DNA of 64,000 bases. It comes from Squalus acanthias. Taxonomy: Eukaryota. The stretch lies in contig CM059432.1 of NCBI GenBank assembly GCA_030390025.1, forward strand, positions 27,158,001 to 27,222,000, read 5' to 3'. Shown in pieces: positions 52,491 to 64,000 of the stretch (the stretch's first letter is position 1; every line of letters begins with the position of its first letter). The position numbers were made by a program, and so were the translations under genes. The notes under the pieces were generated by a model, which did no database searches, was not told the origin of the DNA, and saw only the letters and a program-made list of their open reading frames with translations.

Positions 52491-52733
52491 GAGAGGTCGC
52501 ACAACACCAGGTTATAGTCCAACAGTTTTATTTGAAATCACAAGCTTTCGGAGCTATCGATTGCTCCTTCCTCAGGTGAAGTAAATTAGATACAGAATCG
52601 CCAAAAGCCTGAGGAAGGAGCAATCGATAGCTCCGAAAGCTTGTGATTTCAAATAAAACTGTTGGACTATAACCTGGTGTTGTGCGACCTCTCAATTTTG
52701 TCCACCCCAGTCCAACACCGGCATCTCCGCATC
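52491..52733. mobile_element. PLE tail insertion (second family) forming an 86-bp inverted repeat with hammerhead motifs
   Basis: Arms 52491-52576 and 52608-52693; CTGAGGA-a-ggagc..gctcc-GAAAG; ttagtcaagagag duplicated at 52483 and 52734. Confidence 0.8.
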
Positions 52734-53983
52734 TTAGTCAAGAGAGACAGAGGGGAATTAGGCAGACCAAGCGTCGCTGAGCCTTTGCTGTAGTGAAACA
52801 GGGGTTCGTTTCATGAAACAGTGCTACAGCTTTCGGAATAGAGGGAGCTTATAGAGACCTGATGGGTTCCACCGAAACAAAAAGGTTTGAGGTTTTGGCA
52901 GGCAGGACAGATAGAATATGGGGAGTGTTTAAACTAGATGTGGAGGTTTTTGCTGTAGTTGTTCTATGGAGTTCCTTCAAGGAGGTGATTCTGAATACAA
53001 AGCAAAGGTACTGAGCATCATTAGAGTCCAGCCTGGTCCAACGGAACTAACAAACAATGCATCCAGAAGAGAAAAAGGGATTTAAGGCCATGACGGTAAA
53101 TGGCGCAGAATTCAGGCGGCTTCAAAACCAGAAGGCAAGACAAGAGTGTAAAAACTGCAACAGAATGGCGAAGAACAACTTCACATTGAACATGGCAAGT
53201 GAAGAGAAGGCTAAAAATAGTGCCAGAGGTAAGTTGTGATATTATTCACAAAATGTTTTAAACGGCTTGCTTACGTTGTGGTCCGCAAAAGCTTCTGATG
53301 ACGATGTAGTGGTCCGCATAAAGGAAAAGGTTGGGAACCGCTGGCCTAGAACACCTGTAAATGCTTATTTAGATATTTTATGTATTGGAAAGGCTAAGTA
53401 TCCCAGCATGCTTTTCCAACAGGCCAAGAAGTGCTTGATGAGATGTAGCAGCTGTCAATCTCCCACATTAGGCAGACAAACAGGCTGTAAATAACAAGAT
53501 GAGGGGAGAGTCCTTGATTAGATCTAGAAAGCTATCAATCTCCCAAATAGCTAGACTGAAAGGAATATGAACAACAAGATAAGGCTAGGTATGAAAAAGT
53601 ACAAGAAGTTCCACATGTGGAGGCAGAGAAGAAAGATTCTTGAAGTCAACATTCTTCCTAGCAGAACCGGGTAATATTGGGTCTGTTGTATTAACTTTAA
53701 CTTGTTGAAGTTAATACAACAGACCCAATATTACCCGGTTCTTGAGTGTAAGGATTGTCCTTTGCTAGTGGGTCAGCTTGTCCTGCCATGTGTTATTTTA
53801 AATCTATTAATAAAATATACTTACTACATAACATATTGGTTTGGTCTCCTTCGGAATCTCTACCTCACCACCACCTCTCTCGACCCCTCCACTGCCTTTG
53901 ATTTGTCACACTGCTTGTCCGACATCCAGTACTTCATGAGCAGAAATTTCGTCCAGCTAAATATTGGGAAGAGCAAAGCCATT

Positions 53984-56395
53984 GGCCGGAAGTTTTACCT
54001 GTGAGTGGATTTGGGTGTGGGGTGGGGGCGGGGGGGGGGGGGGGCGGTGGGGGGGTGGGAGGGGGGAATGGTGGTGCCGTGTAGCGGGTCACCATCACAA
54101 ACTTTTCACCAGCGCGCTCTCCACTGTGCATTTAACTGAATTAGATCAATTGACTGAGTAATGCGGGTTTCCCAGCCAATTAACTGGAGCGGGTCTGATG
54201 ACTCGCCTTCAGCTCAGAGATTTAAAGGAGCCTTGCACACTTTGAAGGTTGTTGTAGAGGTGGTTGGGAGAGGTACCTATGCTGATCCATCCAGAGCACA
54301 GAGGGAGGTCCTATTCCCTGGTAATGGCAGGAAGAGAGCAGCCAGTGAAACCAAGATGGCATGGCGAGCTGCTCCTGGATACAGTGTTCCAAGAGATTTA
54401 ATGATCTCATGAGGTCAGGAAAGGTAAGTACAATGCCACATCCTTATGTGCGTGTTACCCCAATCCCATCGCTCTGCCTTCCCAAGCCTACTCCTGCACA
54501 TCACTCCTCACACCAACCTACCTTGCAGGTGCATCCATCCCTCTCTGTCTGTGCACCTACTCACATCCCCATCTGACTAACCACCACTGACACTCACCCT
54601 CATCCTAATGCAATCATAGCAAGTAACGCCACAGAAGGAGGCCATTTGGCAATGTCATGCCACTTCCCCATAGTCACCCTCTACAGATATAGCCCATTCA
54701 TCCCTTACACTCATTACACCACTCTCACTCAAAGTTCTCTTCTTTCCCTCCTTTCAAGAGAAGAGAGTGCAGAACAATAGAGAGAGACAAAGAACCGGAG
54801 GTGGCCCTCCAATAGACACAACTTTGACACCAGCAGAGGAGGAGGCGCTGGAATTAAGCGGAGTGGCAGAGCTGCTGGCGGTGGGAGACAGCGAGAGGGG
54901 GACCTCCCAGCAACCTGGTGACAGAATTAAATATCCCACATGGCATACAACAGTCACTCATGGTGACTTGATGTGAGCAGCCAGTGAAATATCATTATGT
55001 GCATAATGGTAATGTTAAACATTCTTATCATAAGAGTTCTAATTCATGTCTTTACTCTCCCACAGGTCCATCAATTGCCCCCCCGCCCACCCCACTGTCC
55101 AGCCAGAGGAGGAAGGCAACTCCTCAGAGGAATCTGCGGTTTCTGAGAGTGCACCATCACCAGACCCATGCGCACCCAGCACCAACGCAGATATGCGCAC
55201 GTCGGTGGGTCCAGTGAGACATAGCGTAGTGTTGTCACCTGGTGTCTCACACATCACAGGTGAGCAAGAACAGATGATGGAGACAGGAACAGCAGTAGAT
55301 GTCCTCGCTCGATGAAGATGCTGAACCTCGGGGTCCGTCGACAAAGAGGTTGATCTTGGAGGAGCAGCAACAAATACGCGAGGCTCTGGCAGCTTTTCCA
55401 GTCATGATGTGCACGATTGTAGAGAGAATGGAGGAGTCCATCTCCAACATGAGCAGCACCATGTCGCAGGCGATGGCGATGATCTGCTCTTGCACGGAAA
55501 GGATGGCCACCTGCATGGAGCAGCTAATGCGCTAGTCAAACGAGAACATGCTTACTGTGAACAACAGCTTGCAATCTCTTATTGAACTCATCTCGAGAAG
55601 GGATACTAACGTAGACTTGTGCATTCATCGCCCCATTGATGTGCAGCAAGGTGCTCTCCAGCTCCCTGCGAGCAGGGAAGTGGGGGTGGCCCATGCCAGG
55701 GATGATGGTGAGAGGGGACATGGAAGTGGGAGCTCTGCTCAAAGTGCCCCCACTTCTCCCCCGTTGCCTCCCCCTATGTCAGAGCCCCACATGCTGCCTC
55801 GGATCCTGATGGCCGAGTCTGCCCCTGCACAGTTGCAGGAGGAGCAGTCTTTGGCGGGGCCCTCACAGGCTCCAAAAGCCAGAGGACATGCGGCAAAAGT
55901 GTCGAAGCAGACACAGCAGGGAAGTGAGCAGCCTCACTCTAGCTCTGCTGAAACCACAAGGATCGCATCTCGTAGAAGCACTCGGAAAAGAAAAATGACA
56001 CAATTGTCGATGCTCAAGGGCATGCACATGGATGTTTGCCAAAATGTTAGTGTTAAGTTTCAGTTCTATTCATGACACACATAAATTTATTTCTTGGCAC
56101 CACTTTCCCGTCTTGTCCATTTTTGGCTGCTACCTGGGAAGTGGCTTGTCACTTGGAGTGAATGATTAGACATTAATTAACCTCGAGCAATGGGTGTGTG
56201 TGTGACAGGAATAGTTTGGTTACTTTAGGACTGCTTTGTGGTGTTGGTGGGGTGGGGGGTGGTGGGAAGTTGGTACAGCATCTGGGAGCCAGATAGGTGC
56301 CCTGGTGCAACTTAAATAAATCGTGCAATTATCAGGGCATCCCACTGTTGGTGTCATGTGCACCTCAGGTTCCTCCTCCTTGTGTTCCACCTGCT
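53984..56395 (+). mobile_element. Harbinger remnant with Myb/SANT-like gene (~54250-56075)
   Basis: ggccggaagtttt terminus; REVLFP, QCSKRFNDL, RTGGGP..LTPAEE; exon 3 homologous to 9297-10295. Confidence 0.8.
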
Positions 56396-56905
56396 GATAG
56401 TGTCAGCATTCTTCATTCTCTGAACTCGATGGTATCAGCATTGTGCATTCTCTGAAGTCGATAGTGTCAACGTTGTACATTCAGTGACCTTGATAGTGTC
56501 AGCGTTGCACATATTCTGAACTCGATAGTGTCAGCGTTGGACATTCTGTAAACTCGATAGTGTCAGCGTTGTACATTCTCTGAACTTGATAGTGTCAGCG
56601 TTGTACATTCTCTGAACTCGATAGTGTCAGCGTTGTACATTCTCTGAACTCGATAGTGTCAGCGTTGTACATTCTGTAAACTCGATAGTGTCAGCCATGT
56701 ACATTCTTTGAACTCGATAGTGCCAGCGTTGTACATTCTGTAAACTCGATAGTGTCAGCCATGTACATTCTTTGAACTCGATAGTGCCAGCGTTGTACAT
56801 TCTCTGAGGTCGATAGTGTCAGCGTTGTACATCCTGTGAACTCGATAGTGTCAGCGTTCTGCATTCTCTGAACTCGATAGTGTCAGTGTTGTACATTTTT
56901 TGAAA
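56395..56905. repeat. Minisatellite, ~32-bp unit gatagtgtcagcgttgtacattctctgaactc (left part)
   Basis: About 16 tandem units. Confidence 0.95.
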
Positions 56906-57193
56906 TTGGGAGGGAGTAAATCTTAAAGGTTAATCTCTTATTTTTATAAATTTTTATAATTTCTAGTCTTGTGTGCTTGCAATTAGCATTTAAATTTACT
57001 GTTTCAAGTTTTAAGTTTCTTCCAGGCTTGGGCAGGGCTAAGCAAGCTCTGTGCTGGAGAGCAGGTGACAGTAATTAATTAATTAACTGGTCTAATCTGG
57101 TTCTGTAACTGCCAGAGAGCTCACTTATTTAAATCTCAGCAGTATAAATAAGGGAGACTAGAGTGCAGTTTGTCACAGAGTGCAGAGCTGTGA

Positions 57194-57445
57194 GGTTGGT
57201 TGGTTGGTTGGTTGGTTGGTTGGTTGGTTGGTTGGTTGGTTGGTTGGTTGGTTGGTTGGTTGGTTGGTTGGTTGGTTGGTTGGTTGGTTGGTTGGTTGGT
57301 TGGTTGGTTGGTTGGTTGGTTGGTTGGTTGGTTGGTTGGTTGGTTGGTTGGTTGGTTGGTTGGTTGGTTGGTTGGTTGGTTGGTTGGTTGGTTGGTTGGT
57401 TGGTTGGTTGGTTGGTTGGTTGGTTGGTTGGTTGGTTGGTTGGTT
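57194..57445. repeat. (GGTT)63 microsatellite
   Basis: Perfect tetranucleotide run. Confidence 0.97.
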
Positions 57446-57828
57446 CCTTTTTCCATCTTTGTCAGCTTCCTGGTGCGGCGGCGGACCTGCGTGAGGCAAG
57501 GCGGCGGCAGAGGGTTTAAAAGGCTCCAGAGACCAGGTAAGGCGGGACCAGTCTCCGAACTCGGAGGGAGGGAGAGAGGTAAAAATAATCGAATGTGTGA
57601 CATCACCAGAAAGCAGGTGAGTATTTCTCTCTTTTTAAACTTAAACTCTGTGGGTTGTAGTTAATAAGGCCTTTCTGATGCAGAGTGACTGTTGGTAAAC
57701 CATTTAACTGGTGTAATTTAGAGGGATTGATTTAATTTAAATCCAATTAATTAGAGGGGATACTAGCATCTATAATCGGGCAGAGAGTGTCCATAACTAA
57801 CAATAAAAAATTTAAATAATTACATAGA

Positions 57829-58782
57829 ATGGAGCAGGTGATGTGTTACTGTTGCGAGATGTGGGAGCCGGTGGACCCCATTGAGGCTCACGGTGATTAC
57901 ATCTGTGACAAGTGTCTGTTGCTACAGGAACTCCAGTTCCGTGTTGATGAGCTGGAGTCTGAGCTTCAGACACTGCGACACATCAGGGAGGGGGAGAAGT
58001 ACCTGGACTCTATGTTTCAGGAGGTGGTCACACCTATGCAGTTAATTAATTCAGATGTAGCCCATGGTCAGGGACAGGACGGTGTGACTACGAGTGAGGC
58101 AGGTACGGGGATCCAGGAGGTAGTGTTGGAGGAGCCGCAGCCCTTGCTCTTGTCCAACAGGTTAGAGGTTAGAGGTTCTTACTCCCTGTGGGGACAGGAG
58201 CAGGGACTGCAGGGAGGATGAGCAACCTGGCCACAGCACTGTGGAACAGGGGGCCATTCAAGAGGGGGGAGTAAATAGAAATGTTGTAGTGGTAGGGGAT
58301 AGTATTATTAGGGGGATAGAAAGAGTTATCTGCAGCCGAGAGCGAGAGTCCCGTAGGCTGTGTTGCCTGCCAGGGTTAAGGACATCTCCTCTGGGCTGGA
58401 AAGAAACTTGCAGTGGGAGGGGGTGGATCCAGTTGTCGTGGTCCATGTTGGTACAAATGACATAGATAGGACAAGGAAGCCGGTTCTGTTAAAGGAGTAT
58501 GAGCAGCTAGGGGTCAAATTAAAAAACAGAACCTCAAGGGTAATAATCTCTGGATTATTACCTGAGCCACGAGCGAATTTGGCTAGGACAAATAAAATTA
58601 GAGAGTTAAATGAGTGGCTCAAAGACTGGTGTGGGAGAAATGGGTTTTGCTTCCTGGGACACTGGCACCAGTACTGGAGCAGGAGGGAGCTGTTCCGTTG
58701 GGACGGGCTTCACTTGACCAGTGCTGGGACTAGAGTCCTGGTGGATCATATAACTAGGGCTGTAGAGAGGGCTTTAAACTAA
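57829..58782 (+). pseudogene. CR1 ORF1 (esterase type), frameshifted
   Basis: CxxC..CxxC, VVGDSIIR, VHVGTND, DGLHL in different frames. Confidence 0.85.
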
Positions 58783-58820
58783 CTAGTGGGGGGGAGGTTC
58801 CTAGAGAGCAAATAATAAAA

Positions 58821-61769
58821 ATGACAACAGAGAAGGTCATAGACTTAGGTAGCAGTGGGGAAATTAAAAACCAGAGTGTGTCAGGAAGGGGCAGAAGGTA
58901 TGGAGTAAAAGGTAAAGTAATAAAAAGGGCAAAAGCAGGAACTAAGTGTCACAAAACATATTTGAAAGTTCTCTATCTGAATGCACGTAGCATTTGTAAC
59001 AAAATAGATGAGTTAATGGCACAAATAACTACATATGGGTATGATCTTGTGGCCATTACAGAAACATGGCTGCAGGGTGACAATGCCTGGGAATTAAACA
59101 TACCAGGTTATTTAACGATCAGGAAGGACAGGCTGGAAGGAAGGGGAGGTGGGGTGGCTATGTTAATAAAGGAAGGAATCACTGTAATACAGAGAAATGA
59201 TATTGGGTCAAAAGATCAGGATAATGAAACAGTTTGGGTGGAGATAAGGAATAATAAGGGGAAAAAACACTAGTGGGCATAGTCTATAGGCCTCCGAACA
59301 GTTGCAACTCTGTTGGACGGAGTATCAATCAGGAAATAGTTGAGGCTTATAATAAGGGAACATCTATAATTATGGGGGATTTTAACTATCATATTAATTG
59401 GACAAATCAAATTGGGCAGGGCTGCCTTGAGGATGAGTTCATTAAGTGTATTAGGGATGGGTTTCTTGAGCAGTATGTAACTGAACCGACCAGGGGGCAA
59501 GCAACCTTAGATCTGGTCCTGTGTAACGAGACAGGATTAATTAAAAATGTCCTAGTAAAGGATCCCCTTGGAATGAGTGACCATAACATGGTTGAATTCC
59601 ATATTCAATTAGAGGGTGAGAAGGTTGGATCTCAAACAAGCGTGCTAAGCTTGAATAAAGGAGACTATGAAGGTATGCGAGCGGAATTTAGTAGAGTGGA
59701 TTGGGAAAATAGATTAAAGGGTAAGACGATACATGATCAGTGGTGTACATTTAAGGAGTTATTTTACAACTTCCAAAAAATATATATTCCACAGAGAAGA
59801 AAAGGGTGTAAAAGAAAAGACAGTCATCCGTGGCTAAGTAAAGAAATTAAGGATAGTATTTGACTAAACAAGGGCTTATACGGTAGCCAAATCTAGTGGG
59901 AGGATAGAGGATTGGGAAAACTTTAAAAGACAGCAAAAAATAACAAAAAGATTGATTAAGAAAGGGAAGATAGATTATGAAAGTAAATTAGCAAAAACTA
60001 TAAAAACAGATAGTAAGAGTTTTTACAGTTATATAAAAAGAAAAAGGGTGGCTAAAGTAAATGTTGGTCCCTTAGAGGATGAGACCGGGAAATTAATGGT
60101 GGGAAATATGGAGATGGCAAATACACTGAATGAATATTTTGTATCAGTCTTTACAGTAGAGGACACTAAGAATATCCCAACACTGGACAAACAGGGGGCT
60201 ATAGGGGGGGAGGAGCTAAACACGATCAAAATCACTCAGGAAGTGGTACTCGGTAAAATAATGGGACTCAAGGCGGATAAATCACCTGGACCTGATGGCT
60301 TACATCCTAGGGTCTTGAGGGAAGTGGCGGTAGGGATTGTGGATGCATTGGTAATAATTTTCCAAAACTCCCTGGACTCAGCAAAGATCCCGGCAGACTG
60401 GAAAACTGCTAATGTAACACCCTTATTTAAAAAGGGCAGTAGACAGAAGGCTGGAAACTATAGACCGGTTAGCCTAACATCTGTGGTAGGTAAAATTTTG
60501 GAGTCCATTATTAAGGAGACAGTAACAGGACATTTGGATAATCATAATTTAATAGGACAAAGTCAGCATGGTTTTATGAAGGGGAAGTCATGTTTGACAA
60601 ATTTGCTGGAGTTCTTTGAGGAAGTAACACACAGGGTGGATAAAGGGGAACCAGTGGATGTGGTGTATTTAGACTTCCAAAAGGCATTTGACAAGGTGCC
60701 ACACAAAAGATTATTGCTTAAGATAAAAAATCACGGGATTGGGGGTAATATTCTGGCATGGATAGAGGATTGGCTATCTAACAGAATGCAGAGAGTTGGG
60801 ATAAATGGTTCATTCTCAGACTGGCAATCAGTAACTAGTGGTGTTCCGCAGGGGTCAGTGCTGGGTCCCCAACTCTTTACAATCTATATTAACGATTTGG
60901 AGGAGGGGACCGAGTGTAACATATCAAAGTTTGCAGATGATACTAAGATGGGAGGGAAAGTAGTGAGTGAGGAGGACATAAAAAATCTGCAAGGGGACAT
61001 AGACAGGCTAAGCAAGTGGGCAGAGATTTGGCAGATGGAATACAATACTGGAAAGTGTGAGGTTATGCACTTTGGCAGGAAAAATAGTAGAGCAAGTTAT
61101 TATCTTAATGGCAAGAAATTGGAAAGTACTGAAGTACAAAGGGATCTGGGGGTCCTGGTGCACGAAACTCAAAAGGTTAGTATGCAGGTGCAGCAAGTGA
61201 TTAAGAAGGCCAATGGAATGTTGGCTTTCATTGCTAGGGGGATAGAATATAAAAATAGGGAGGTATTGCTTCAGTTGTACAAGGTATTGGTGAGACCGCA
61301 CCTGGAATACTGCATACAGTTTTGGTGTCCATACTTAAGAAAAGACATACTTGCTCTCGAGTCAGTACAAAGAAGGTTCACTCGGTTAATCCCGGGGATG
61401 AGGGGATGGACATATGAGGTGAGGTTGGGTAGATTGGGACTCTACTCATTGGAGTTCAGAAGAATGAGAGGCGATCTTATTGAAACATATAAGATTGTGA
61501 AGGGGTTGGATTGGATGGATGCGGGGAGGATGTTCCCGATGATGGGTGAAACTAGAACTAGGGGGCATAGTCTTAGAATAAGGGGCTGCTCTTTCAAAAC
61601 TGAGATGAGAAGGAATTACTTCACTCAGAGGGTGGTAGGTCCATGGAATATGCTGCCCCAAAAAGCTGTAGAAGCTACATCATTACATAAATTTAAAACA
61701 GAAATAGACAGTTTCCTAGAAGTAAAGGGAATTAAGGGTTACGGGAAGCGGGCAGGAATTTGGACATGA
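58821..61769 (+). pseudogene. CR1 ORF2 (APE + RT), disrupted
   Basis: Three ORF pieces: 58821-59273, 59273-59863, 59952-61769. Confidence 0.9.
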
Positions 61770-62002
61770 GTCTAGGTTCGGATCGGTCATGGCCCTGTGG
61801 GTAGCGTAGCGGGCCCAGGGGCCGTGTAGCCTGATCCTGCTCCTATTTCATGTGTCCAATTCTGTTAGGTTCAGGAGATGGTTCTGTGATAGTAGATTGG
61901 TGTTTAGGATCAGATCAGCCATGATCTTATTGAATGGCGGAGCAGGCTCGAGGGGCCAATTGGCCTACTCCTGCTCCTATTTCTTATGTTCTTCTGTTCT
62001 TA

Positions 62003-62301
62003 TGATAGTGTCAGCGTTGTACATTCTCTGAACTTGATAGTATCAGCATTGGACATTGTTTTAATCGATAGTGTCAGCGTTTAACTTTCTGTGAACTCGA
62101 TAGTGTCAGTGTTTAACATTCTGTGAACTCGATAGTGTCAGCGTTGTACATTTTCTGGACTCGATAGTGTCAGCTTTGTACATTCTCTGAACTCGATAGT
62201 GTCAGCATTGTACATTCACTGAACTCGATAGTGTCAGCGTTGTACATTCTCTGATCGATAGTGTCAGCGTTGTACATTCTCTGAACTCGATAGTGTCAGC
62301 G
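62003..62301. repeat. Same ~32-bp minisatellite (right part)
   Basis: About 9 units resuming immediately after the CR1 tail. Confidence 0.93.
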
Positions 62302-63516
62302 TCCATTCCACCAGCCTGCCTATGTCCCCTTGAAGTCTATCACTATCCTCCTCACTGTTCACTATATTTCCAAGTTTTGTATCATCTGAAAATTTTGAAA
62401 TTGTGCCCTGGACCCATTTATGCTGCTTCATTTGTATTAAAGTCGAGGCTGCCTTCACCAGCTGTGCTGCCGTATGAATACGGTAAAAATGAGAAGAAAA
62501 TGAAGCTCTGGGGTTATAAAATAAACTTACAATATTTATACAGCTATAAAGTACCTTGCCAAGACCAACTAATAATGCACACACAATGTCAACTTTTTCA
62601 ATCCAAAGAAAGACCTAGGGTAATGGAAAATATTATATTTCAGATGTTACTAATAACAACAAATTTATAAGTTTTTTATTTATACTTACTTAAATTTATT
62701 CCATGCTGGAATCTTTACTCATGATTACTCAAATCATAAATTTCCTCTGCTGCTTCCAAGGCAAACCGTTTGCTGCATCACCTCCCGCAAGCTTCCAAGG
62801 GGCCAAGGCGGCACGAACTCTGACAGGCCTTGAAGTTGGATGAGATCTTCTCCATGACAGTCTTAATGTAATTGAAACACTCTTTGACACCATGCCATTT
62901 TATTTTATTTAGCTCAACTGTTCACCAACTTTATCCAATGGATTCTGGGGTGCAGTATAGTTGGGACATTATTATAGGAAAATGGGACCTCATGCTCCGT
63001 AGAACTGTTTTCCTGGTTCCATCAGATACAGATCCTAATTTTCAGTAACATTGAGCCCCCTTTTTCTGCAATATTGTGCCAGCTGTACCACATCCAGTCA
63101 TTGAAAGTATGTTTTCTGTAGCGTAGTCCTGAGCCATAAAGACCAGAAACTCCCTAATTCCTTACCCGAAATGTGCTGCTGTTGTAGCAGTTTTTTTTTT
63201 AAATCGTTCATTAGATCTGGGCATCACTGGCAAGGCCAGCATTTATTGCCCATCCCTAGTTGCCCTTGAGAAAGTGGTGGTGAGCTGCCCTCTTCCACAT
63301 CTATCCTTGATCGTGTGCTTATGCACGCACCTTCCAAAAGGGTGACTGGAAGGAATGGGAATCCTGGCGGATATTTTTTTTTACACACACTCCCTAACCC
63401 AGGGGTACTAATGCCCATTGTAGCTTAACTTCATTGTTGCTGGGTCAAAATCCTGGAACTCCCTACCTAACAGCACTGTGGGAGTTCCTTCACCACATGG
63501 ACTGCAGCGGTTCAAG

Positions 63517-64000
63517 AACATAAAAACATGAGAAGTAAGAGCAGGAGTAGGCCATATGGCCCCTCGAGCCTGCTCCGCCGTTCAATAAGATCATGGCTGA
63601 TCATTGACCTCAACTCCACTTTCCCGCCCAATCTCCATATCCCTTGATTCCCCTAGAGTCTAAAAATCTATCTATCTCAGCCTTGAATATAGTCAAAGAC
63701 TCAAGAGATTAGCGTGCAAAGTTAAAGCACATGGGATTGGGGGTAAGGTACTGATTTGGATAAAGAACTGGTTGGCAGACAGGAAGCAAAGAGTTGGAAT
63801 AAACGGGTCTTTTTCCGAGTGGCAGGCAGTGACTAGTGGGGTACCACAGGGATCGGTGCTAGGACCCCAGCTATTCACAATATATATTAATGATCTAGAC
63901 GAGGGAACTAGATGTAATATCTCCATGGGTGGGCATGTGTGCTGTGAAGAGGATGCAGAGAAACTCCAGTATGATTTGGACAGGTTGGGTGATTGGGCAG
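63517..64000. mobile_element. CR1 tail (-) joined head-to-head to CR1 RT fragment (+)
   Basis: 63517-63702 reverse 3'UTR; 63703-64000 [23 protein letters not shown]. Confidence 0.8.

Larger units (their letters stand above)
48942..53343. mobile_element. Non-autonomous hAT transposon with tRNA-cluster cargo
   Basis: TIR cagtggtccccaacct / aggttgggaaccgctg (14/16), TSD GCCTAGAA on both sides, subterminal gtggtccg repeats, no transposase. Confidence 0.9.
48923..53856 (+). mobile_element. LTR-like remnant hosting the hAT element
   Basis: tgtaag start, continues after 53351, aataaa near 53810; right end and TSD not found. Confidence 0.5.
56906..62003 (+). mobile_element. Full-length CR1 LINE with frameshifts and stops
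   Basis: 5'UTR, ORF1 57829-58782, APE (YLNARS, VAITETWL, YRPP, MGDFN, SDH) and RT to 61769, double stem-loop tail. Confidence 0.95.

Noticed and set aside
56395..56905. CRISPR-like ~32-bp repeats
   Set aside because: Contiguous units without unique spacers, no cas genes, eukaryotic context
57136..57664. NQPT/GWLV repeat ORFs
   Set aside because: Translations of the GGTT microsatellite
62420..63190. Possible host exons in non-repeat sequence
   Set aside because: Frames checked hit stops or gave no recognisable protein

Overview
A vertebrate, repeat-saturated window, most likely from a cartilaginous fish, judged by HE1/V-type and Deu-type SINEs, CR1 with an esterase ORF1, and PLE, L2 and RTE families. 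No host protein-coding gene can be supported. It is a nested mosaic of CR1 LINEs, Penelope-like elements (PLE) with hammerhead-ribozyme motifs, PIF/Harbinger transposons and MITEs, L2, RTE, solo LTRs and SINEs. Highlights: (1) a 4.4-kb non-autonomous hAT element (48942-53343) with TIRs and a perfect 8-bp TSD, whose cargo is a decayed tRNA gene cluster (Thr, Lys, Phe, Ile, Lys); (2) a full-length CR1 (894-4749) with open ORF1 and RT but an in-frame deletion of nearly the whole APE endonuclease; (3) two CR1s with near-identical ORF2 but very divergent ORF1/5'UTR modules; (4) an unclassified CpG-rich ~1.93-kb tandem unit (31421-34723); (5) several hairpin and templated-insertion structures. All alignments were done by eye, so boundaries without a TSD are approximate.
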